DNA from: Alphaproteobacteria bacterium
Lineage (GTDB): Bacteria; Pseudomonadota; Alphaproteobacteria; UBA6615
Direction of reading: 5' to 3'
NCBI GenBank assembly: GCA_021774575.1
Contig: JAJFIX010000017.1
Coordinates: 3,924 to 67,923, forward strand
Length of the DNA: 64,000 nt
The position numbers and the translations under genes are program-made. The notes beneath the pieces were generated by a model that made no database searches, was not told the DNA's origin, and saw nothing but the letters and a program-made list of their open reading frames with translations. Below, one piece after another: positions 57,183 to 64,000 of this stretch (positions are counted from its first letter, which is position 1; every line of letters begins with the position of its first letter).

Positions 57183-57920
57183 TTATTCAGGCAAGGTCTG
57201 GGTATAGGCCAAGATATCGACGGAGAGTTGCCGGTCAAAAGCGCGGAAAGCAGGCATGTCTTCATCGGGTTGCCCGTTGAGGATTTTATGCAGCACTTCC
57301 CACGGATTGCCACGCGCGACCGGTCCAAGAGCCGGGCTATCTTTTATGCCTTTGCCATCAAAGCCATGGCAATTTGCGCAAACCGTGTTGAAAAGGGGTT
57401 CGCCCGCATCGACGGACCCGCGCGCTTCCTTGCTGGAACGATCAATTGCATCATCCATATCAAATAGCCCTTCACTAAGGAACAGGGCCAAATCAGACAT
57501 GTCGTCATCGTCGAGCATATCGCTGGAAAAGCCGTGGGTGTCATCGCCTAAAATATCCGCTACGTCACCGGCGTCTCCGCCACCAAAGCCGCTGACCCCA
57601 ATAAAGCCAGTGAAATGGCTGCCGCTACCATAGGCACCATCGGCACCGCGATAATCCCAGCCATGACATTCTTTACAGCGCCAGGTTCCGGCGCCGCTGC
57701 GGTCAATATCTGCTGGGTAGGTTGGGTGGGTTTCATCGGGGCCATCGACCCCGACAACGGCGTACCATTTATCGTAAAGTTGGCCGCCGCGAACGATCGA
57801 CGATTCGATTTCGTCGCCTATCGCCGTTTGAACAACACCGAGTTGGCCACTGAGAAGGAGGCCGCCTGTAATTCCGACAGCGAGTAGGCTCGCAATTGAA
57901 AGTCTGCGTGTAAAAATCAT
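57183..57920 (-). CDS. periplasmic diheme cytochrome c
   Basis: Signal peptide or anchor, two CxxCH motifs (CKECH, CANCH) and an acidic linker. Lies 88 nt upstream of the NapC-like gene on the same strand. Confidence 0.7.
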   Translation of the reverse strand: MIFTRRLSIASLLAVGITGGLLLSGQLGVVQTAIGDEIESSIVRGGQLYDKWYAVVGVDGPDETHPTYPADIDRSGAGTWRCKECHGWDYRGADGAYGSGSHFTGFIGVSGFGGGDAGDVADILGDDTHGFSSDMLDDDDMSDLALFLSEGLFDMDDAIDRSSKEARGSVDAGEPLFNTVCANCHGFDGKGIKDSPALGPVARGNPWEVLHKILNGQPDEDMPAFRAFDRQLSVDILAYTQTLPE

Positions 57921-57989
57921 AAGCTCTCTCCTTCATTCGAGACGAATTGTTCAGCCTGCCCTCTGTCTTTCGCCCCTTCGTGTTTCGGC

Positions 57990-58021
57990 GTTAGATCCCA
58001 TCTGCGAACATGGATTCTAAC
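57990..58021. promoter_or_regulatory. imperfect inverted repeat upstream of the cytochrome gene pair
   Basis: GTTAGATCCCAT (57990-58001), an 8-nt spacer, then ATGGATTCTAAC (58010-58021). 10 of 12 positions are complementary. Lies 70-100 nt upstream of the ATG at 57920. Confidence 0.3.
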
Positions 58022-58125
58022 GTCGTTCAAATTGCCTTTCTAACTTGCCAAAACTCTAGCATATATGACCAAACGTGGACAGGGTGAAAATTGCCCCGCG
58101 TTTGGTGTAAATGAGGGGCGTAATT

Positions 58126-60237
58126 TTACCGCCGCGCCTTCGGTCGAGCGGACTTGGCGCGGTTCAGCACGCCACCAACGCCGAGATCGGCGACTTCCAG
58201 GCGGCGGATTTCGTCACGCAGGCGTGCCGCCTCTTCGAACTCCAAATTGGACGCGGCGTCGCGCATCCGAGTTTCGAGATCGGCGAGATGGGCCTTTAGG
58301 TTGTGGCCGACAAGGTGCAGCGTATCCTTGTCACCCGTCGACACGGTTACGCGGTCACGTTCAAACACGCTGTCGAGTATATTGGAGATGTTTTTACGCA
58401 CGGATTCCGGCGTTATGCCGTTGGCCTTGTTGTAGGCTTCTTGCCGGTTGCGCCGTCTCGAGGTTTCTTCAAGGGCCAAGGTCAGGCTCTTGGTCATTTT
58501 GTCAGCGTAAAGGATGACCCGCCCGTCGACATTGCGCGCCGCGCGACCGATGGTTTGAACCAGTGAGGTGCGCGAGCGCAGAAACCCTTCCTTGTCGGCA
58601 TCAAGTATCGCCACCAGGGCGCATTCGGGAATATCCAACCCCTCCCGCAGCAAATTTATGCCGATCAGAATGTCGAACGCGCCAGCGCGCAAATCCTGCA
58701 ATATTTCAATCCGCTCCAGCGTGTCGATATCTGAATGCATGTAGCGCACGCGCAATCCCTGCTCGTGCATATATTCGGTCAAATCTTCCGACATGCGCTT
58801 GGTCAAGGTTGTGACCAGAACCCGGTAGCCCTTGGCGGCGACCTCGCGGCATTCGGCAATCAAATCGTCAACCTGGGTCGCCACCGGCCGGATGATTGTC
58901 ACCGGGTCCGTTAGGCCGGTGGGGCGAACAACCTGCTCGGCAAAGACGCCGCCGGTTCGTTCCAGTTCCCAGTCGGCCGGGGTGGCGGAGACGAAGACGG
59001 TGTCGGGCCGGATGGCGTTCCATTCTTGGAATTTGAGTGGCCGGTTATCAACGCAGGAGGGCAGCCGAAAACCAAATTCGGCAAGGGTTGTTTTCCGGGC
59101 GTAATCGCCTTTGAACATGCCGCCGATTTGGGAAACGGTGATGTGGCTCTCGTCGATAAAAAGTAGCGCGTCTTCGGGTAAATATTCAAAAAGTGTCGGC
59201 GGCGGCTCGCCGTGGGAGCGACCGGTCAGGTGGCGCGAGTAATTTTCGATGCCGGCGCAAACACCGGTCGCCTGGATCATTTCCAAATCGAAAGTGGTGC
59301 GCTGTTCAATGCGTTGGGCTTCCAGCAACTTTCCTTCGTCATAGAGCCACTTCAGATGTGTTTTTAACTCCGCCTGAATGGTTTTGACCGCCTGGGCAAG
59401 GGTTGGTTTGGGGGTGATGTGATGGGAATTGGCAAAGACCCTTATCTCCTCCAGGTCATCGGTTTTCTGTCCGGTCAGCGGGTCAAATTCCGAAATCGAT
59501 TCAACTTCGTCGCCAAACAGCGATATCCGCCAAGCCCGATCTTCCAAATGGGCGGGAAATATTTCGACGGTGTCGCCGCGGCTGCGAATGGTGCCGCGCA
59601 CAAAATTTGTGTCATTGCGCCGATATTGCAGCTCGGTCAGGTCGCGCAGCATCTTTGTCCGGTCGGCCTGGCCGCCGACCTTATAGGTGAGGGTCATCTT
59701 CTGGTAGGATTCGGCCTCGCCAATCCCATAAATGCAACTCACCGAAGCAACAATGATAACGTCGCGGCGCTCGAATAGGGATCTGGTTGCCGAGTGGCGC
59801 ATGCGATCAATCTGCTCGTTGATCGAGGATTCTTTTTCGATATAGGTGTCGGTTCGCGGAACATAGGCTTCCGGCTGATAATAGTCATAGTAGGAGACAA
59901 AATATTCGACGGCGTTATTGGGGAAAAAACTCTTCATTTCGCCATAGAGCTGCGCCGCCAATGTCTTGTTGGGAGCGAGAATGAGCGCTGGTCGGCCGAG
60001 GTCGGCAATGACATGGGCCATGGTGAATGTTTTGCCCGACCCGGTAACGCCGAGCAGCACCTGGTCCCGCTCACCTGCGAGCAGTTCCTTTTTTAGGTCC
60101 GTGATGGCTTGCGGCTGATCGCCCGCCGGTTCGAAATCAGAGATTAATTCGAATTCGGCCTTGCCTTGGCGAGCCTCCTCGGGGGTCGGTTCCCGGGGGA
60201 TGACGCGCAGATCTTTATCTTCGAGCAGGTTTACCAT
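58126..60237 (-). CDS. uvrB: excinuclease ABC subunit B
   Basis: 703 aa. Walker [17 protein letters not shown] box (FIDESHIT), helicase motifs and the C-terminal UVR domain ([11 protein letters not shown]). Confidence 0.95.
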   Translation of the reverse strand: MVNLLEDKDLRVIPREPTPEEARQGKAEFELISDFEPAGDQPQAITDLKKELLAGERDQVLLGVTGSGKTFTMAHVIADLGRPALILAPNKTLAAQLYGEMKSFFPNNAVEYFVSYYDYYQPEAYVPRTDTYIEKESSINEQIDRMRHSATRSLFERRDVIIVASVSCIYGIGEAESYQKMTLTYKVGGQADRTKMLRDLTELQYRRNDTNFVRGTIRSRGDTVEIFPAHLEDRAWRISLFGDEVESISEFDPLTGQKTDDLEEIRVFANSHHITPKPTLAQAVKTIQAELKTHLKWLYDEGKLLEAQRIEQRTTFDLEMIQATGVCAGIENYSRHLTGRSHGEPPPTLFEYLPEDALLFIDESHITVSQIGGMFKGDYARKTTLAEFGFRLPSCVDNRPLKFQEWNAIRPDTVFVSATPADWELERTGGVFAEQVVRPTGLTDPVTIIRPVATQVDDLIAECREVAAKGYRVLVTTLTKRMSEDLTEYMHEQGLRVRYMHSDIDTLERIEILQDLRAGAFDILIGINLLREGLDIPECALVAILDADKEGFLRSRTSLVQTIGRAARNVDGRVILYADKMTKSLTLALEETSRRRNRQEAYNKANGITPESVRKNISNILDSVFERDRVTVSTGDKDTLHLVGHNLKAHLADLETRMRDAASNLEFEEAARLRDEIRRLEVADLGVGGVLNRAKSARPKARR

Positions 60238-60331
60238 GGGCTAAGTTATAAATGAGGGGGAGGGGGATGTGCTAGTCCGGCATAGCCGTGCTAGCGTCTC
60301 ATTTTTCCCGTTGGCAGCCGAAAGAGGTCAG

Positions 60332-60928
60332 ATGGCCCGAAAGAAACAGACAAAAAAACAATTAACGCACATCTCGAAATTGCCGGTGCCCAGTCGGCGG
60401 AGCTTGGCGGGCGATTTGCGCAAATACATGGATGTCTGCGCCGACAAGTTAGGGATGGTGCCCAATGTCGTGCGTGCATTTTCATTGCGACCGGAAAAAT
60501 TACGGACTTTTATCGCCAAATATAACGAATTAATGCTCAGCGATGAGACCGGACTATCGCGCCTCGAGCGTGAGATGATTGCCGTCGTCGTGTCGTCGCG
60601 CAATCATTGTCTCTATTGCATAACCTCCCATGGCGCGGCGGTGCGCGAGATTTCCGGCGACCCCGTTTTCGGCGATATATTGAGCACGAATTACCGTGAG
60701 GCTAATTTATCGGTCCGTCACCGGGTAATGCTCGATTATGCTTGGAAAATGACCGAGACACCGTGGCTGGTCGGTGATACTGACCGCGCCGTCCTGGGTA
60801 AAGCCGGATTTTCCGACGAGGATATATTCGACGTTACCGATGTCATCGCTTACTTCAACTACACCAACCGCATGACCGGTGGTCTCGGCATGATGCCGAA
60901 TGCGGACTATTTCGGCCAAGGTCGCTAG
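60332..60928 (+). CDS. CMD/AhpD-like peroxidase-related enzyme
   Basis: Carboxymuconolactone-decarboxylase fold with the block REMIAVVVSSRNHCLYCITSHG (CxxC..H). Start moved to the ATG at 60332, behind aaagagg. Confidence 0.7.
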   Translation: MARKKQTKKQLTHISKLPVPSRRSLAGDLRKYMDVCADKLGMVPNVVRAFSLRPEKLRTFIAKYNELMLSDETGLSRLEREMIAVVVSSRNHCLYCITSHGAAVREISGDPVFGDILSTNYREANLSVRHRVMLDYAWKMTETPWLVGDTDRAVLGKAGFSDEDIFDVTDVIAYFNYTNRMTGGLGMMPNADYFGQGR

Positions 60929-60952
60929 AAGCCAAAACGGAGACTAATTTTG

Positions 60953-61735
60953 ATGCAACTTCCAACAAGAATTGTCGATATTTCCATGCATTTGGAAAAT
61001 GAAATTGTGACCGATCCCGATATCATGCGGCCCAAGATCAATTATGAGCGCGGCGAAGAAAATGTGCCGATGCTGGCAAATTTTTTCGAGGGTGTTACCA
61101 AGGACGATCTGCCCGGCGGAGAGGCCTGGACTTGGGAGCGGATCGAACTGACGACCCATAACGGTACCCATCTTGATGCGCCGCGCCATTTCAATAGTAA
61201 AGATGTCGACGGTAATGACATGATGACCATCGACAATGTGCCCCTCGATTGGTGTTTTCGTCCGGGGGTAAAGCTAGATTTTCGCGGCTTGCCCGATGGG
61301 CATGTGGTCACAGCTGACGAAGTCGAGGCCGAACTTGAACGTATCGGCCATGATCTGAAGCCGCTCGATATTGTCCTGGTAAATACCAGGGCAAGTGAAT
61401 GCTACGGGACCGATGAATATCTCACATCGGGTATTGGCATGGGCCGCGAAGCGACCTTGTATCTAACCTCGCGCGGTGTACGCGTGACGGGGATTGATGC
61501 CTGGGGCTGGGACGCACCATTTTCCCATACAGTAAAAAAATGGAACGAAACAAAGGACCCATCGGTCATCTGGGAGGGCCATTATTCGGGCCGCGATATT
61601 CCATATTGCCATATGGAAAAAATGCTCCATCTCGACGAATTGCCGGGGACCGGCTTTATGGTTGCCTGTTTTCCTTGTAAAATTAAGGACGCCTCAGCCG
61701 GCTGGACACGGGCCGTCGCGCTTTTTTTCGATTAG
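60953..61735 (+). CDS. cyclase-family protein (kynurenine formamidase-like metal hydrolase)
   Basis: HNGTHLDAPRHF (the HxGTHxDxPxH motif) and a later D.WG.D block. About 260 aa. Confidence 0.75.
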   Translation: MQLPTRIVDISMHLENEIVTDPDIMRPKINYERGEENVPMLANFFEGVTKDDLPGGEAWTWERIELTTHNGTHLDAPRHFNSKDVDGNDMMTIDNVPLDWCFRPGVKLDFRGLPDGHVVTADEVEAELERIGHDLKPLDIVLVNTRASECYGTDEYLTSGIGMGREATLYLTSRGVRVTGIDAWGWDAPFSHTVKKWNETKDPSVIWEGHYSGRDIPYCHMEKMLHLDELPGTGFMVACFPCKIKDASAGWTRAVALFFD

Positions 61736-62166
61736 TGCGTGGCGCGCATCAATAGGGTCGTTTGACCTCGGTCGGTGAAGTTACCGACCGGCAGGTAGCC
61801 GTGGGATGTGTAGAATTGAACGGCGCCGGGCGCCGAAAATACCTCGAGGGCGCTAAGTTTGTTCCGTCGCGCCAGCTCGGACAGTGAGGTGAGCAATGCG
61901 CTGCCGATGCCTTGGCGGTGCCGGGCGGGGTCGACAAAGACCATCCGTACTCTGTTGGCCTCAAGCGCGGCGGTGCCGACAATAGTGCCTTCGTGTTCGC
62001 TGACCAGAACGTGCCAGCGGGCCAATCGCCGAATGACGAGATTTCTGCTGATGCCGGATTTGAGCGCTGCCGTACTGTCCGCGCCGGTGTTTTCGGCCGC
62101 AAGGGCGCGGGCGATAAGCTTGGCAATATCGGTCGCATCTTTGGTTTGAGCGCGCCGCACCATCAT
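61732..62166 (-). CDS. GNAT-family N-acetyltransferase
   Basis: Start moved to MMVRRAQTKDATDIAKLI (62166, behind aaggagagg). Acetyl-CoA block VDPARHRQGIGSALL. The upstream 124 codons of the ORF-track product overlap the divergent gene and look non-coding. Confidence 0.75.
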   Translation of the reverse strand: MMVRRAQTKDATDIAKLIARALAAENTGADSTAALKSGISRNLVIRRLARWHVLVSEHEGTIVGTAALEANRVRMVFVDPARHRQGIGSALLTSLSELARRNKLSALEVFSAPGAVQFYTSHGYLPVGNFTDRGQTTLLMRATH

Positions 62167-62221
62167 GGTGGACCTCTCCTTTCGCAAACCCTCTTGCGTT
62201 ACTTGACCCCATACAGTCAAG

Positions 62222-62812
62222 ATGGCGGTCATGATCCAAATTCTGGCAATTGGAACGATGCGCGCTGCTTGGTTTAGCCTGGCATTCATCATTGCGCTGC
62301 CCGCCGCTTTACCCGCTGCGGCGCAACAAGTGGCGGCCACCAACTCGCTTATTCTGACCGAGGCGGTAAAGGCCGAACTCAGCGAACTCGCGATCATGCG
62401 CGGCGGCGATATCGATCGCGCGAGCCTGAGCGGAAAATTTGTCATCGTCAGTTTTTTTGCTAGCTGGTGCGCGCCCTGTCGGGCTGAATTTATTGAACTA
62501 CGCAAGCTGATCGAGCGCATGGGACCCGACCGGGTCAAAGTCGTGACCGTTAACTGGCTTGAAGATTTTGCCCATTATCCGGGGGAATCTTTCCAGATAT
62601 TTCGCGTGCTAGACAGGTTGGATCCGCACATTACCGCGGTCGAGGGAACCACCTCGATCAGTCAGATATTCGGCGGACCGCGCGGTATTGGGGCAATTCC
62701 GGCTTTGTTTGCCTTCGATCCCGACGGGCATCAGGTCTATAGTTTTCAGTTTGGGATCGGCGCGCAAAAAAGTCATACAAGCGCCGACGATCTGATTGCT
62801 GCATTTAGATAA
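62222..62812 (+). CDS. TlpA/ResA-like periplasmic thiol:disulfide oxidoreductase
   Basis: Signal peptide (...PAAAQQ) and a thioredoxin fold with VIVSFFASWCAPCRAEF (WCxPC). Confidence 0.75.
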   Translation: MAVMIQILAIGTMRAAWFSLAFIIALPAALPAAAQQVAATNSLILTEAVKAELSELAIMRGGDIDRASLSGKFVIVSFFASWCAPCRAEFIELRKLIERMGPDRVKVVTVNWLEDFAHYPGESFQIFRVLDRLDPHITAVEGTTSISQIFGGPRGIGAIPALFAFDPDGHQVYSFQFGIGAQKSHTSADDLIAAFR

Positions 62813-62924
62813 CAAGGCTGTGACTGCGGGGGCCTTGCCCTTGCCTGCGACCTGAGGTAAACCCCTCCGGTCTGCGCCGAGATACGAGTCCAACGTTTCG
62901 TCCGCCCGCAAAGGTTTTCTCAAC

Positions 62925-64000
62925 ATGAAGATAGCTGTTCTGAAGGAACGCCGACCTGCTGAGGCCCGCGTTGCCGCCAGTCCCGATACAGTCAAACGTT
63001 TGATCGCGTTGGGTGCCGAGGTAACCGTCGAAGCCGGTGCCGGTGAGGGCGCTTCGATCACCGACGCAGATTATAAGGAGGCCGGGGCAAAAACTGCCAC
63101 CGATGCCGCCAAGACGGCCAAGGACGCCGATATCGTTCTCAAAGTCCAACGTCCAATGAGTAAGGATGAAGGAACGGACGAGCTTGCGGCAATCCCCGAC
63201 GGTGCAATTCTAATCTCATTGCTCGACCCGTTGGGCCAGCCCGACAGCGTCAAAGCTTATGCGGCCAAGAAACTTACCGCTTTTTCTCTGGAGCTCATCC
63301 CGCGTATTACCCGCGCCCAATCGATGGATGTGCTGAGTTCCCAATCTAATCTTGCCGGATATAAGGCGGTGCTCGATGCGAGTGAGCAATTTGGCCGCAT
63401 GTTCCCGATGATGATGACCGCTGCGGGCCGGATTAACCCGGCCAAAGTCTTTGTCATGGGGGCCGGCGTCGCCGGTCTGCAGGCAATTGCGACGGCGCGG
63501 CGGCTCGGCGGCATTGTGTCGGCGACCGATGTGCGCCCGGTGGTCAAAGAACAGGTCGAGAGCTTGGGCGCCAGTTTCGTCATGGTCGAAAGCGATGAAA
63601 CCGAAGGGGCCGAAACCTCCGGCGGTTACGCTAAGGAAATGTCGGACGATTATAAACGCCGCCAGGCCGAACTCGTTGCTGAGCATGTCAAATCCCAAGA
63701 CATCGTTATTACCACAGCCTTGATCCCTGGCCGTCCGGCGCCAAAACTGATCGACGCCGCGATGGTGAGTTCGATGAAGCGGGGCTCGGTGATCGTTGAT
63801 TTGGCGGTTGAGCAAGGTGGTAACGTCGAAGGCAATAAGGCGGGCGAAGTCGTTGATGTAGATGGCGTAACCATTGTCGGCCATCTCAATGTGCCGTCGC
63901 GGCTGGCGACCGATGCGTCCCAGCTCTATGCGCGCAATGTGCTGAATTTCCTCACGCCTTTGATTGACGCCGAGAGCAAATCCCTGGCGATCGATTGGCA
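62925..64000 (+). CDS. pntA: NAD(P) transhydrogenase subunit alpha, N-terminal ~358 codons (runs off the right edge)
   Basis: Own translation from the ATG at 62925: MKIAVLKERRPAEARVAASPDTVKRL...RITRAQSMDVLSSQSNLAGYKAV...VFVMGAGVAGLQAIATARRLGG...ITTALIPGRPAPKLI. These are PntA dI-domain signatures. Missing from the ORF track because there is no stop in the window. Confidence 0.9.
   Translation, partial: MKIAVLKERRPAEARVAASPDTVKRLIALGAEVTVEAGAGEGASITDADYKEAGAKTATDAAKTAKDADIVLKVQRPMSKDEGTDELAAIPDGAILISLLDPLGQPDSVKAYAAKKLTAFSLELIPRITRAQSMDVLSSQSNLAGYKAVLDASEQFGRMFPMMMTAAGRINPAKVFVMGAGVAGLQAIATARRLGGIVSATDVRPVVKEQVESLGASFVMVESDETEGAETSGGYAKEMSDDYKRRQAELVAEHVKSQDIVITTALIPGRPAPKLIDAAMVSSMKRGSVIVDLAVEQGGNVEGNKAGEVVDVDGVTIVGHLNVPSRLATDASQLYARNVLNFLTPLIDAESKSLAIDW

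Noticed and set aside
60269-60294. Direct repeat GTGCTAG-N12-GTGCTAG in the uvrB / AhpD-like divergent spacer, together with a search for an SOS box upstream of uvrB.
   Set aside because: A 7-mer repeat is too short to interpret, and no GTTC-N7-GTTC or GAAC-N7-GAAC LexA-type box was seen.
1-64000. Search for tRNA/rRNA genes, CRISPR arrays, IS elements, integrases, toxin-antitoxin pairs and known defence-system genes.
   Set aside because: None was recognised by eye. The only regular repeats are the coding repeats at 50.8-52.0 kb, and every GGTTCGA-like T-arm string I checked lies inside a protein-coding gene. A tRNAscan/Infernal run would be needed to exclude small RNAs formally.

Overview
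This is a 64-kb chromosomal segment of roughly mid-50s % GC (estimated by eye). Gene content and synteny look alphaproteobacterial: petABC/fbcFBC, ychF-pth-rplY-prs, lgt-midA-pgeF, uvrC-pgsA-mobB-moeA-moaDE and a petP/petR-like MarR-OmpR pair. That placement is inference from gene order and motifs; no database search was possible. I call about 59 protein-coding genes and 2 decayed pseudogenes. By eye I found no rRNA, tRNA, CRISPR array, transposase, integrase or prophage gene. Most of the window is housekeeping: heme synthesis, cytochrome bc1, translation factors, envelope biogenesis, molybdenum cofactor, UvrB/UvrC, PntA. Six things deserve a second look. (1) A PRX_like2/AhpC-TSA gene (8809-9459) has an in-frame TGA exactly at the first Cys of the WCPYC redox motif and a SECIS-like hairpin just downstream, so it is a probable selenoprotein. 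(2) Three same-strand genes (47.1-53.7 kb) encode exported low-complexity proteins. One is a 925-aa product with a nearly uncharged ~200-residue GFNN/FG repeat field, six 69-bp tandem repeats and two peptidoglycan-binding domains. (3) Four perfect and several imperfect DnaA boxes (TTATCCACA) all lie in the intergenic spacers of that cluster, including an unusually long 720-bp non-coding region. This could be an oriC, a DnaA-titration locus or a DnaA-regulated locus. (4) A TetR-associated accessory locus (25.4-34.7 kb) holds two short MetE-like Zn-methyltransferase paralogues, a cupin, IorAB and two clearly decayed genes. (5) The phasin promoter is bracketed by TGCAGTGCAGC operator-like repeats, and a structured ~200-nt region ending in a canonical terminator follows the gene. 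(6) An orphan NapC/NirT tetraheme plus diheme cytochrome c pair lies convergent to a deiodinase-like thioredoxin-fold gene. Product calls rest on motif recognition in the supplied translations and in my own translations of the two edge-truncated genes. Several start codons were moved relative to the ORF track.
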